NCBI GenBank assembly: GCA_963796685.1
Contig: CAWCMR010000015.1
Coordinates: 96,001 to 160,000, forward strand
DNA: 64,000 bases
Source of the DNA: an uncultured delta proteobacterium
GTDB lineage: Bacteria; Myxococcota_A; Polyangia; Fen-1088
Direction: 5' to 3'
Below are positions 47,476 through 57,306 of this stretch, in pieces (the first letter of the stretch is position 1; each line of letters starts with the position of its first letter). Under the pieces are notes generated by a model. That model saw nothing but the letters and a program-made list of their open reading frames with translations, had not been told where the DNA came from and did not search any database. The position numbers and the translations under genes are program-made.

Positions 47476-48143
47476 GTGATCTGCTGGTCCTGTCAGAAGG
47501 CCGCTGGCGACGGCGTGCTGTGCGTGCACTGCAAGGCCGTGCAGCCCCCCGACCCTGGGGCGGACTACTTTCGTGTGTTCGGCATTCAGACGGCCTTCGA
47601 CCTCGATGTCGCGGATCTCGAGAGGCGCTACAAGGAGCTGACCAAGATGCTGCACCCCGATCGTTACGCGCGCGCCGATGCGCTGGCGCGACGCGCGTCG
47701 CTGGAACGCTCGGTGCAGCTCAACGAGGCCTGGCAAACCCTGAAGGAGCCGGTGCGGCGCGCGGAGTACCTGCTGTCCTTGCACGGCATCGATGTCGGGG
47801 ACATGGCCGGGGTGGGCAAGCCCGGCATGTCGGGCGAGCATGCGACTTTGCCCGTGCCGCAGGTCCTGCTCATGGAGGTCCTCGAGTTGCGCGAGGCACT
47901 GGCCGAGGCCCATGCGGCCAGGGATGTGCATGAAACCGAGGCGCTCATCGCGCAGGTGCGTGGTCGCCTGGGCAAGGTGATGGACGACGTGGCCACAGGC
48001 TTCTTGGCCTCGCCACCCAGCTCTCCACCATCGCCTCGCGGCTGGTGACCGTGCGCTACTACCGCCGCTTCCTCGACGAGGCCCGCATGTTGTGGGAAGA
48101 GGATGCGTCTTCCCCGGAAGGCAAGAGCGGCGATGCCGGTTGA
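47476..48143 (+). CDS. hscB: Fe-S co-chaperone with N-terminal CxxC-CxxC, frameshift near 48017
   Basis: CWSC...CVHC, DYF, HPD and RAEYLL. The C-terminal [10 protein letters not shown] is in the shifted frame, ending TGA at 48143. Confidence 0.88.
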
Positions 48144-50046
48144 GGCGCTCTTTGCCATCTCCGAGCCGGGCGAATCCCAAGTCAAGCAGGTCTGCAAGGG
48201 GCGTGCGGTGGGCATCGACCTCGGTACCACCAATTCGCTGGTGGCGGTGGTCCAGGGCGGCCAGCCGGTCTGCCTGCGCGAGGACGGCTCGGCGCTGCTG
48301 CCCTCGGTCGTTCATTACGCGGCGGATGGTTCGCTCGTCGTCGGACAACGGGCACGCGCGCTGGCGCTCGGCGCGCCCAGGGACACCATCGCCTCGGTCA
48401 AGCGCTTCATGGGCCGTGGCCCGGACGACGCCGAGGCCACGCGCGCGCTGACACCGTACCGGTTCGCGGCCGGGGCGGCAGCCGAGCCCGTGGTGCGGTT
48501 TTCCGTCGCCGGTGGCGCGCGCGAGGTGACGCCCATGGAGGTCTCGGCCGAGATCCTGCGCGTGCTCAAGGCGCGCGCCGAGGCGGAGCTCGGCGGCGAG
48601 CTCGACGGCGTGGTCATCACGGTGCCAGCCTATTTCGACGACGGCCAGCGCCAGGCCACGCGCGACGCCGGCAGGCTGGCCGGCCTCGAAGTCATGCGCC
48701 TGCTCAACGAGCCCACCGCCGCGGCCCTGGCCTATGGTCTCGACAAGCAGGCCGAGGGCACCTTTGCGGTGTTCGACCTGGGCGGCGGCACCTTCGACAT
48801 CTCGATCCTGAAGCTCGAAGGCGGCGTGTTCGAGGTCAAATCCACGGGCGGCGATTCGGCCCTGGGCGGTGACGATTTCGACCGAGCGGTTGCCGGGCAT
48901 CTCTTGCGGGCCATGGGCTTGCCGGACGACGCAGGGGGAGATCCGGGTGTCGCACGGGCCGTTCTCGACGCTGCCCGCGGGGCCAAGGAAGCCTTGACAG
49001 CGGAGCCCGAGACCGCGGTCTCCATCACGCTTCCATCGGGTAAGACCTGGCAGGGAACCTTGTCGCGGGTCGCTCTCGATGCGCTCGTGCGACCCATTCT
49101 CGAACGCTGCGCTCCCCCCGTCAGGCGCGCGGTTCGCGACGCAGGCATATCGGCCGATGGACTTTCGGGAGTGATCCTGGTGGGCGGGGCCACCCGCATG
49201 CCCATCGTCCGCGGCTTCGTCGCGGACCTGTTCGGCAAGGAGCCCTTGGCCGACATCGATCCCGACGAGGTGGTCGCCCTCGGGGCTGCGGTGCAGGCCG
49301 ATCTCCTGGCCGGGGGAGGGCGCCGCGATGTGGTGTTGATGGACGTGGTTCCCCTGTCCCTGGGGCTGGAGATGATGGGAGGCGTGACCGAGAAGCTCAT
49401 CCACCGCAACACGACGGTCCCTTGTGGCGCGGTCCAGACCTTCACCACCTACGCGGACAACCAGACCGGCTTCGATCTGCACGTGGTGCAGGGCGAGCGC
49501 GAGCTGGTCGCGGATTGCCGATCGCTGGCGCGCTTCAAGCTGGGTGGCATTCCGCCCAGGACCGCGGGCATGGCGCGGCTCAAGGTGACGTTCACCGTGG
49601 ACGCCGACGGCATCTTGGGCGTGGCGGCGCGCGAAGAGCACACCGGCCAGGAGTCCTCCATCCGGGTCAAGCCGAGCTATGGCCTGACCGACGACGAGGT
49701 CGAGCGCATGATTCGCGATTCCTTCGACCATGCCAACGATGACCTGGGCGCGCGCCTGCTCACCGTCGAGCGCGTGGAGGCGGATCGCATTGCAAGCGCA
49801 ACGCGCGCGGCGCTCGCGACGTCGGCCGACTTGCTCGTCGAGGGCGAAGGCAAGGCCATCGCGGCGGCCATGGACGCGCTGGAAGCGGCCAAGTCCGGGA
49901 CCAACCACCTGGTGATTCGAGGGGCCATCCAGGCGCTGGATGAAGTCAGCAAGGAATTTGCGCGACGGCGGATGAACGCGGCTCTCGAACAGAACGTGCG
50001 TGGGCAGGCGCTCGATGCCGTCGAAAAGAAGGTGACGTCCACGTGA
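48133..50046 (+). CDS. hscA: Fe-S chaperone (Hsp70 family)
   Basis: [23 protein letters not shown] and isc operon context. Confidence 0.92.
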   Translation: MPVEALFAISEPGESQVKQVCKGRAVGIDLGTTNSLVAVVQGGQPVCLREDGSALLPSVVHYAADGSLVVGQRARALALGAPRDTIASVKRFMGRGPDDAEATRALTPYRFAAGAAAEPVVRFSVAGGAREVTPMEVSAEILRVLKARAEAELGGELDGVVITVPAYFDDGQRQATRDAGRLAGLEVMRLLNEPTAAALAYGLDKQAEGTFAVFDLGGGTFDISILKLEGGVFEVKSTGGDSALGGDDFDRAVAGHLLRAMGLPDDAGGDPGVARAVLDAARGAKEALTAEPETAVSITLPSGKTWQGTLSRVALDALVRPILERCAPPVRRAVRDAGISADGLSGVILVGGATRMPIVRGFVADLFGKEPLADIDPDEVVALGAAVQADLLAGGGRRDVVLMDVVPLSLGLEMMGGVTEKLIHRNTTVPCGAVQTFTTYADNQTGFDLHVVQGERELVADCRSLARFKLGGIPPRTAGMARLKVTFTVDADGILGVAAREEHTGQESSIRVKPSYGLTDDEVERMIRDSFDHANDDLGARLLTVERVEADRIASATRAALATSADLLVEGEGKAIAAAMDALEAAKSGTNHLVIRGAIQALDEVSKEFARRRMNAALEQNVRGQALDAVEKKVTST

Positions 50047-50387
50047 CGGCGCGGATTCGCTTCGAGCCGGACGGCATCGAGGCCGAGGTTCCGGTCGGGA
50101 CCACGATTCGCGATGCCGCAGAAGGCGTGGGTGCCCAGCTCGGCTCGGCCTGCGGCGGCGTGTGCGCGTGCTCGAGCTGCCACGTCTACGTCAAGGAAGG
50201 TCTGGAAGACCTCTCTCCGGTCGAGCTGAACGAAGAGGACCGTTTGGACGGTGCCTTCGACGTGCGCCCGACCTCGCGCCTCGGCTGCCAGTCGCACCTT
50301 CTCAAGGATCGCTTGTACGTGGTCGAGATCACGCGCGAGAGCCGGGACGCCTACTTCGACGAGCATCCCGACAAGCGCCTGAAGTAG
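50043..50387 (+). CDS. fdx: ISC-type 2Fe-2S ferredoxin
   Basis: [13 protein letters not shown] and SRLGCQ. Confidence 0.92.
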   Translation: MTARIRFEPDGIEAEVPVGTTIRDAAEGVGAQLGSACGGVCACSSCHVYVKEGLEDLSPVELNEEDRLDGAFDVRPTSRLGCQSHLLKDRLYVVEITRESRDAYFDEHPDKRLK

Positions 50388-50402
50388 CGGAGGGCGGCTA
50401 TT

Positions 50403-50650
50403 CTAGACCACCGAACGGTTGAAACCCGAGCAATTTCCGGATTCTAAACACCGAGGACACAGAGAACACGGAGACGGATGAGAAATGAAGGGTTCGGATC
50501 GAGATCCGGAAAACCCTTCACTCTCCGGACCTCTGTGTCCTCTGTGTTCTCTGTGGTGAAAACGGGGCTTGTGTGCGCTCTGCACGGCGGCCTCGGCAGC
50601 GCCAGGCAATCCCTTGGATTCACGGGAATTTAACCCGTTCGGTGCTTTAG
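50403..50650. mobile_element. MITE-like element with imperfect TIRs ending in TAG
   Basis: Left CTAGACCACCGAACGGTTGAAACCCG, right CGGGAATTTAACCCGTTCGGTGCTTTAG; no transposase. Confidence 0.65.
50446..50560. repeat. Hairpin element with 3x9-bp arms (ACACAGAG type), nested in the MITE
   Basis: AACACCGAG-GACACAGAG-AACACGGAG ... CTCTGTGTC-CTCTGTGTT-CTCTGTGGT, with an internal hairpin TGAAGGGTT..AACCCTTCA. Confidence 0.8.
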
Positions 50651-50659
50651 GAGGGCGAC

Positions 50660-51289
50660 TTACCCTTTGTCGCGCCGCTGGCGGGACTTGTGCTCGTCGA
50701 GCTTGCGCGAGGCGATTTCCAGCAACGCCGCCACGCCGGATTGCACGACCTTCTCGAATTCCTTGGCGTTGTCGGACGGCGCCCTCCAGTCGGCGACCAG
50801 GCGCTGCCTCCAAGCCGCGCGCGCGGCTCGCCTCTGTTCGCGTTCGCGCCGCTGCTCTTCCTTCCGCCGCCGTCGCGACATCTGATCGTACGGGGCCAGC
50901 ACGTGGCGCAGCCGCAAGGTCAGCAAGATGGCGCTGCCAAGTAGTGGCCATTTGAACCACACGCCGCCAAAGAAGCGTGTGTCGACATAGTAGAAGACGC
51001 CATTCATGATGGCGTGGCTGAGCAGGGAGGCGCCGAAGCGTTTGAGCTGGAAGGCGCGCTCCTCGGCGATCTCCTTGGCCTCGTCTTGGCGGGACAGCTT
51101 GCCGTCGCGGGTTTGGGCCAGCTCGGCGGTAGCGCGTTCCAGCGACTCGCGATCGATGCCAACCTCGTCGGCGATAGCCACCAGATCATCATGGTCGAGA
51201 TGGTCTTCGCGCTCGACCTGCTTATCGAGCGCGCGCCGAATGATCTCGTTGACCTCGGCTTGCGAGTAGGTTGGCTTCGCGTTGCTCAT
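50660..51289 (-). CDS. 2TM-domain membrane protein
   Basis: N-terminal YSQAEVNEIIRRAL...LVAIADEVGID and two TM segments (WFKWPLLG). Confidence 0.7.
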   Translation of the reverse strand: MSNAKPTYSQAEVNEIIRRALDKQVEREDHLDHDDLVAIADEVGIDRESLERATAELAQTRDGKLSRQDEAKEIAEERAFQLKRFGASLLSHAIMNGVFYYVDTRFFGGVWFKWPLLGSAILLTLRLRHVLAPYDQMSRRRRKEEQRREREQRRAARAAWRQRLVADWRAPSDNAKEFEKVVQSGVAALLEIASRKLDEHKSRQRRDKG

Positions 51290-51416
51290 GCCGCGCCCCA
51301 GAGTGGCATGCCGGAATCCTACCCCAGGGCGCGCGGGCCGTGCGCACGACGGCGCGACAATTTTGCAGGCAGGGATCGCCTCGGAAAGGGAGTTTCGTGA
51401 GAAGGTGAGTGTGCCA

Positions 51417-52322
51417 ATGTCGGAGCACGAACAAAATCCCAAGCCGACCGGGATCGTCGATCTCATCGGCGAAGCAGGCCACGACATCGACGGCTTCTTC
51501 GATCGGCGCGAATTCGAGATTCGCAGCTGGCTGGAAGACCAGCACTACTGGCATCGCTACCGCAAGACCGTGATCCTGCAGGTGCTGCAAGGGCACGTCG
51601 TCGATCGCACCCGCCCGCTTGTCGACCTCGGCTGCGGTGCGGGGGTGGTCGCGACCCATCTCAACCAGCACGGCTTTCGGGTGGACTACGCCGACATCCA
51701 TACCGAGGCCTTGCAGGTGGCGCGTCGACGCTGCGAGGCGACCCTGGGCGCCAAGTCGCCCGCTCCGCGTTTCGTGCGTCTCGATATCACGCGAGGATTT
51801 CCCGTCGACGACTACCACGGCTACCTGCTCCTGGACGTTCTGGAACATCTGCCCGACGACCTGGGCGTGATGCGGGCGCTGCACGCACGCATGCAGGCGG
51901 CATTCGCCCGTCGCGCCAGAGCAGAGAACAGCAGCGAGATTCGCGATTTCGTGTTGCTTACGGTGCCGGCCTTCCCCGGGCTATGGTCGCCCTGGGATGA
52001 CCTGGAAAAGCACAAGCGTCGCTACACGCTGGCGACGGCGCGGCGGCTGGGCGAAGACGCCGGTTTCGAGGTGCTGCGCGCGACGTGCTTCTTTTCCCCG
52101 CTCTTCTTCGCCGCCGCGGCGGTCAAGGCCGTCAGGCTGGCGCGACGCAAGTTGAGCGGCCGGAGCGCCTCGCCTGAGACCATCACGGATCTGACCGAGG
52201 GCAAGACCACGCGGGGGCTCAGCCGGCTCGTGCTGGGGCTGCTTGAGCCCGAGAAGCGCTGGCTCAAGCGCGGAAACCTGCGGCTCGGGACCTCGATCCT
52301 GGTGCTCGCGCGTCCGCGCTAG
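51417..52322 (+). CDS. Class I SAM-dependent methyltransferase
   Basis: VDLGCGAG, LDVLEH, TVPA..LWS.WD and HKRRY. Confidence 0.85.
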   Translation: MSEHEQNPKPTGIVDLIGEAGHDIDGFFDRREFEIRSWLEDQHYWHRYRKTVILQVLQGHVVDRTRPLVDLGCGAGVVATHLNQHGFRVDYADIHTEALQVARRRCEATLGAKSPAPRFVRLDITRGFPVDDYHGYLLLDVLEHLPDDLGVMRALHARMQAAFARRARAENSSEIRDFVLLTVPAFPGLWSPWDDLEKHKRRYTLATARRLGEDAGFEVLRATCFFSPLFFAAAAVKAVRLARRKLSGRSASPETITDLTEGKTTRGLSRLVLGLLEPEKRWLKRGNLRLGTSILVLARPR

Positions 52323-52333
52323 TCTAAGTCCTT

Positions 52334-53320
52334 TCAAGGTGAGAGTTTTCTGCCGACACCGGCCCAGCTGACCCTCTGGACCCAGGTCAGCGAACAGCCC
52401 ACAAGACCGGCGTCGTCGAACCAGCGCTCCACCTCGGCGCGAGGCAGGTAGGCGGCCGTGGGAGCGATCAAGTGATCGTAGACGATATTCTGGGTCTCCG
52501 TGAAGCCGAGGTCGCGCAAGTAGAGCATGTAGTCGGAATAGAACGGCTTGAAGCCGAGCTTGCTCGCTGGCTGGTAGACGAGCCTGATGCCGGCGAACAA
52601 GGCCGAGGTCAGGCCGAAGGACAGGGCGCGCACCGTCGACGGTGGCAGACGGCTGGTGACGCCGATGCGAACCGGATCGACGGCGTGGACGATCCATCCA
52701 TTGTTCTCGCGGCCGTAAACCCAGCACGCCACAGTGCCCCCTGGTCTCACCAGATCGGCAAGCGCCGCGAAGGCCTTGCCCGGCTCCGGGGTGTGGTGGA
52801 GGACGCCGATGGAGAAGGCCAGGTCGAACTCGTTGGCCACCGGCATGTGGAAGATGTCGCCCTGGACCACGTGGACGCGCTCGAGGTCGCGCGTGTTGGC
52901 GAAGGCCACGTCCACGGCCTCGCTGAGGTCGACGCCGATGACCTCGCGTGCCCCGAGCAGCGATGCCACCCGCAGGTGCCGGCCCTTGCCGCAGCCCATG
53001 TCGAGAACCAGTCGGTCGGCGAAGTCCGTCGGCTGCAGGGGCTGCACCCAACGCAGGAATTGCCAGCGGTAGCGCTCGTCGTCGATTTGATTCCACATGC
53101 GCCACGACTGGCCGAAGTTGTGCGCGGTGTGGGCCATGTCGGGCGGCAAGGCGCCCGACAGAAGGCGAGGCACACCCCCGAGAATGGGGTAGTCGCGCGG
53201 GCAGGAGGCGCAGCGAAGGCGTCCGCGCATGACGTGCGGGCCCTCGCGTTCGTCCGTCGCGAGCGATAGTGTCGTCCGGCAAGCGGGGCATCGCAGGTGG
53301 GGAAGAAGGGCGGCGCGCAT
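52334..53320 (-). CDS. Trm112-like zinc finger fused to class I methyltransferase
   Basis: LRCPAC...LRCASC..YPI..GVP, LDMGCGKGR and SIGVLHHT. Confidence 0.85.
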   Translation of the reverse strand: MRAALLPHLRCPACRTTLSLATDEREGPHVMRGRLRCASCPRDYPILGGVPRLLSGALPPDMAHTAHNFGQSWRMWNQIDDERYRWQFLRWVQPLQPTDFADRLVLDMGCGKGRHLRVASLLGAREVIGVDLSEAVDVAFANTRDLERVHVVQGDIFHMPVANEFDLAFSIGVLHHTPEPGKAFAALADLVRPGGTVACWVYGRENNGWIVHAVDPVRIGVTSRLPPSTVRALSFGLTSALFAGIRLVYQPASKLGFKPFYSDYMLYLRDLGFTETQNIVYDHLIAPTAAYLPRAEVERWFDDAGLVGCSLTWVQRVSWAGVGRKLSP

Positions 53321-53391
53321 GGTGACGATGGTATCCGATCCCTTGTCTTGGAGCGCATTCCAGGAATATTCTCCCCGGTTGGTGGGTTAGC

Positions 53392-53883
53392 ATGCGCATG
53401 AGGTTGACCTGGCTTCGCACGACCTTGCTCGCAACCGCCCTGTTGCTCGTGGGATGCGACCACGTCACCAAGCGTGTGGCCAAGGCAGAGCTTGAAAGTG
53501 GGCCGCCGCACACTCTTGCCGCCGGGATTCTGGAGCTCGACTACACCGAGAACACGGACTCGGGATTTGGGCTCCTGCACTGGGTGTCGCCTTCGGTACG
53601 AGCTCCCGTGCTGACGATGCTGCAGCTCGTGGGAGGTCTGGCGTTTCTGGCCCTCTGCCTGCGGCGCCGACTGCACGCCATGGCACGCCTTGCGCTCCTG
53701 CTCATGGCCGGCGGGGCGCTCGGCAATGGATTGGATCGTCTGTTTCATGGCCACGTGGTCGACTTCATTCACCTGACCCACTGGCCGGTCTTTAACGTGG
53801 CGGACATCTACATCACGGCCGGTGGCATCCTGCTGTTCTTGGCGCATCGAAGGGCGAGGGGCACGACGCCGGCGACAGAGTAA
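53392..53883 (+). CDS. lspA: Lipoprotein signal peptidase II
   Basis: DHVTK, GALGNGLDR, VVDFI and FNVAD. Confidence 0.92.
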   Translation: MRMRLTWLRTTLLATALLLVGCDHVTKRVAKAELESGPPHTLAAGILELDYTENTDSGFGLLHWVSPSVRAPVLTMLQLVGGLAFLALCLRRRLHAMARLALLLMAGGALGNGLDRLFHGHVVDFIHLTHWPVFNVADIYITAGGILLFLAHRRARGTTPATE

Positions 53884-53907
53884 ACGACCGCGACGCGCTG
53901 TTCAGCT

Positions 53908-54894
53908 CTACCCTTCCAGCCGGCGGGCGATGTCGACCAGCTTGTCCATGGTTGCGTCGAAGGCCGGATCCACGACTTGGCGGATGGGATCGGCATCGTG
54001 GTAGGTCATGATCTCCTCGGCCCCGCGCGAGAAGGGAATCTTGGCTTCCCAGCCGGGGACCAGTCGCTTCACCTTGCAGTTGTCGAAGATCATGCTGTGG
54101 GTCTTGTCGCCGAGCAGGCTGTCGCCCCACTCGCGGTCGTGCCTGGCGATAGTCTCCGAAGGAAGGTGCACCAGCTTGGCGGCGGTGCCAGCGGCCTTGG
54201 CCAGCATCAGGTGAATCTGATCCCACGACAGCCATTCGTCCGAGGTGATGTGGAAGGTGTCGCCGACGGCGCGTGCGTTTCCAAGCAGGCCGACGAAGGC
54301 TCGGGCGAAGTCCTCGTGGTGGGTCAGCGTCCACAGCGAGCTGCCGTCGCCGTGCACCACCACCGGCTTGCCCTGGCGCATGCGATTGAGCACGGTGTAC
54401 CCGCCGTGCCAGGGGAACAGGGTGCGGTCGTAGGTGTGCGACGGGCGGACCACGGTGAAGGGAAACTGCTCGCGGCGGTAGGCGGCCAGCAACGCCTCTT
54501 CGCACGCGATCTTGTTGCGCGAATACTCCCACACGGGATTGTCGAGGGGCGTGGACTCGGTGACGGGCAGGCTTTGCGGCGGGGTCTGATACGCCGACGC
54601 GGAGCTGATGAACACGAACTGACCCGTGCGCCCGCGGAACAGCTCGAGATCGAGGGCGATGTGCTCGGGCGTAAACGCGATGAAGTCGACCACCACGTCG
54701 AATTTCAAATGGCCAATCGCCGCGCGCGCCGCAGCCGGGTCGCGAATATCCCCGGCCAGCACCTTGATTCCGAGCGGAACCTGCCGCCCGGTCTTCCCGC
54801 GCCGCAAGTGAAAGAGCTGGATGCCGCTCTCGACCGCGACGCGAGAGCACGCCGAGCTGATGATGCCCGTACCACCGATGAATAGAACTCTCAT
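53908..54894 (-). CDS. NAD-dependent epimerase/dehydratase (SDR)
   Basis: GGTGIIS, FISSASAY and YSRNK. Confidence 0.88.
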   Translation of the reverse strand: MRVLFIGGTGIISSACSRVAVESGIQLFHLRRGKTGRQVPLGIKVLAGDIRDPAAARAAIGHLKFDVVVDFIAFTPEHIALDLELFRGRTGQFVFISSASAYQTPPQSLPVTESTPLDNPVWEYSRNKIACEEALLAAYRREQFPFTVVRPSHTYDRTLFPWHGGYTVLNRMRQGKPVVVHGDGSSLWTLTHHEDFARAFVGLLGNARAVGDTFHITSDEWLSWDQIHLMLAKAAGTAAKLVHLPSETIARHDREWGDSLLGDKTHSMIFDNCKVKRLVPGWEAKIPFSRGAEEIMTYHDADPIRQVVDPAFDATMDKLVDIARRLEG

Positions 54895-54926
54895 GGTCCT
54901 CCTTCTACCGCGGACCAGTCCGGAAG

Positions 54927-55034
54927 TTCACCACAGAGGACACAGAGGACACGGAGGACGGATGAAAAGGGTTTCCGGATCCGACGCCTTCCCATCCCCT
55001 CCGACTCTGTGTCCTCAGTGTCCTCTGTGGTTTT
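54927..55034. repeat. Second copy (inverted) of the 3x9-bp-arm hairpin element
   Basis: TTCACCACAGAG-GACACAGAG-GACACGGAG..AAGGGTTTCCGGATC..CTCTGTGTC-CTCAGTGTC-CTCTGTGGTT aligns with the reverse complement of 50446..50560. Confidence 0.8.
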
Positions 55035-55039
55035 CCTTC

Positions 55040-57118
55040 CTACTCGTCCTCGTCGGCCGCCATCTTGGAGTCGGCGATGACCTTGTCCATCAGATGACCG
55101 GGCAGCTCGTCGTAGTGCGAGAACTCGATGGAGAACGAACCGCGTCCCCCGGTGATCGAGCGCAAATCCGAGGAGTATTTGAGGGTCTCGGACATGGGCA
55201 CCACGGCGCGAATGACCTCGCCCTTGGCCGTCGAGTCCATGCCCTCCACGCGGCCACGGCGGTGGTTGAGGTCGCCGATGACGTCGCCCATGCAGTCGCT
55301 GGGGCACATGACCTGCATTTTCATGATGGGTTCGAGCAGGCAAGGCTTGGCCTGCTTGAAGGCGGCCTGGAAGCCCTTGGACGCCGCGATCTCGAATGAG
55401 CGCGCGTCCGAATCCACGTCGTGATACTTGCCGTCGAACAGGCGGACCTTGACGTCGGTCGCGCGGTAGCCTGCGATAACCCCCCTCGTCATGCGGGTGC
55501 GCATGCCCTTTTCGACCGCGGGGATGAACTGGCGTGGCACCGCGCCGCCCACGATGTCATCGACGAATTCGAAACCGCCCCCGTGGGGCAGGGGCTCCAT
55601 GTCGATGTAGACCACGGCGAACTGGCCTCGGCCGCCGGTCTGCTTCTTGTGCTTGCCCTCGATGTTCTGGGCCTTGCCCTTGATGGTTTCGAGATACGGC
55701 ACCTTGGGCGCCAGCAGCTCGACTTCCACGCCAGCACGGTGCAGGCGGTCGACGACGACCTCGACGTGAACCTGGCCCGTGCCGCCGAGCAGGATCTCCT
55801 TCGATTGCGGATCGTGACTGACTTTGACGGCCACATCCGAATCGATGATTTCGTTCAACTTCACCGCCACCTTGTCCTCGTCGCCCTTGCTCTTGGGGTG
55901 CAGGGCGTAGGTGATGAGCGGCGCGGGGATCTCCGGGCGGGGCAACGCGAAGGGGGCCTTCTCGTCGGCGAGGGTGTCGCCGGTCTTGGTCGTCTTCAGC
56001 TTGGCGACCGCCACGATGTCGCCCGGGTACGCCTCGGCCACGGACTCGCGCGTCTTGCCCTGCAGGACGTAGAGCTGGCCGAAACGTTCTTTGGCGTCGT
56101 GGTTGACCGAGAGCAGGGTGGCGTCGCTGGCCAGCTTGCCGGTTAGCACGCGCAGCAGTGAAAGCCGGCCGATGTCGGACGCTGAGGTCTTCCAGACGTA
56201 GGCGGCGACGGGCGCGTTGGGATCGGGCAGGCGTTCGGCGGGTGCGTCGCCTTGGGTACCTTTCCAGGCCGGCCGGTCGAGGGGCGAGGGCATGCACTCG
56301 ACGACGAAGTCGAGCAAGGTCTGCACCCCGACACACAAGGCGCCGGACGTGGCGAGCACGGGCACGAGGGCGCGATTGCGCACACCTTGGGCCAGTCCCT
56401 TGCGTGCCTCCTCGTCGGAGAGCGCGCCCGATTCGAGGTACCTTTCGAGCAGCGAATCGTCGGCCGAAGCAATGGCCTCGTGCAAGACTTCGCGCGCCTT
56501 CTTGGCCGCTTCTTGCATGTCCGCAGGCACCTCGCCGACCGAAACCTCGCGCCCTTCGCTCGAAAAGCGCACGGCCTTCATGGTCATCAGATCGATGATG
56601 CCCACGAGGTCCGACTCCTGTCCGATGGGCAGTTGCACGGCCACCGCTTTGGTGGTCAGCGAGGTGCGGATATTTTCCAGCGCGGTGTCGAAGCTCGAGT
56701 TGTCGCGGTCCAGTCGGGACACGACGATGCAGCGGGGCAGGGCAAGCTCTTCGGCCATATCCCAAGTTCGCTCGGTGTACACCTGAACGCCCTCGTTGGC
56801 CGAGACCAACAACACGGCCGCATCCGCCACGTCGAGCGCGATACGCGTCTCGACCAGGAAGCTGCCGTTCCCGGAGGTGTCGATGAGGTTGATCTTGTTC
56901 TTCTTCCACTCTACATGGCCGATGGCGGTCGAGATGCTGGTTCTGCGCTTGTGCTCTTCGGGCTCGAAGTCGAAGGTCGACGTGTCGTCGTCGACGCGGC
57001 CAAGCCGCTGGTTGGTCTTGGTACAGAAAAGGATGGCCTCGGCCAACGTGGTCTTGCCCGCACCACCGTGGCCGATCAGCGCAATGTTTCGGATCTCGTT
57101 CGCCGCGTAGCTCTTCAT
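55040..57118 (-). CDS. fusA: Elongation factor G paralogue (EF-G2-like)
   Basis: RNIALIGHGGAGKTT, KKQTGGRGQF, YHDVDS and LLEPIM; G2/G3/G4 motifs divergent. Confidence 0.9.
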   Translation of the reverse strand: MKSYAANEIRNIALIGHGGAGKTTLAEAILFCTKTNQRLGRVDDDTSTFDFEPEEHKRRTSISTAIGHVEWKKNKINLIDTSGNGSFLVETRIALDVADAAVLLVSANEGVQVYTERTWDMAEELALPRCIVVSRLDRDNSSFDTALENIRTSLTTKAVAVQLPIGQESDLVGIIDLMTMKAVRFSSEGREVSVGEVPADMQEAAKKAREVLHEAIASADDSLLERYLESGALSDEEARKGLAQGVRNRALVPVLATSGALCVGVQTLLDFVVECMPSPLDRPAWKGTQGDAPAERLPDPNAPVAAYVWKTSASDIGRLSLLRVLTGKLASDATLLSVNHDAKERFGQLYVLQGKTRESVAEAYPGDIVAVAKLKTTKTGDTLADEKAPFALPRPEIPAPLITYALHPKSKGDEDKVAVKLNEIIDSDVAVKVSHDPQSKEILLGGTGQVHVEVVVDRLHRAGVEVELLAPKVPYLETIKGKAQNIEGKHKKQTGGRGQFAVVYIDMEPLPHGGGFEFVDDIVGGAVPRQFIPAVEKGMRTRMTRGVIAGYRATDVKVRLFDGKYHDVDSDARSFEIAASKGFQAAFKQAKPCLLEPIMKMQVMCPSDCMGDVIGDLNHRRGRVEGMDSTAKGEVIRAVVPMSETLKYSSDLRSITGGRGSFSIEFSHYDELPGHLMDKVIADSKMAADEDE

Positions 57119-57306
57119 GGTTACCTTTCGCTAGGTGCACATCAGGAAGTTCACGATCCGACCCGCCCGCATCCGGAATGCAACACTTCTAAAACACCTG
57201 CGTTCCGAAGTCGAGGTGGACAAGGATGCGATAGCCGCGTGCAAAGCCGGATTCGCAAAAAGCAAGCACGAACCACTCCTGGCGCGACTTTTTCGTTGGG
57301 CGGTGG

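Noticed and set aside
57246-57276. GCCGGATTCGCA (same as enhancer site 1) and a sigma54-like TGGTTCGTGCTTGCT upstream of the EF-G paralogue
   Set aside because: GG-GC spacing is one base short and the site is single and downstream of the putative promoter.
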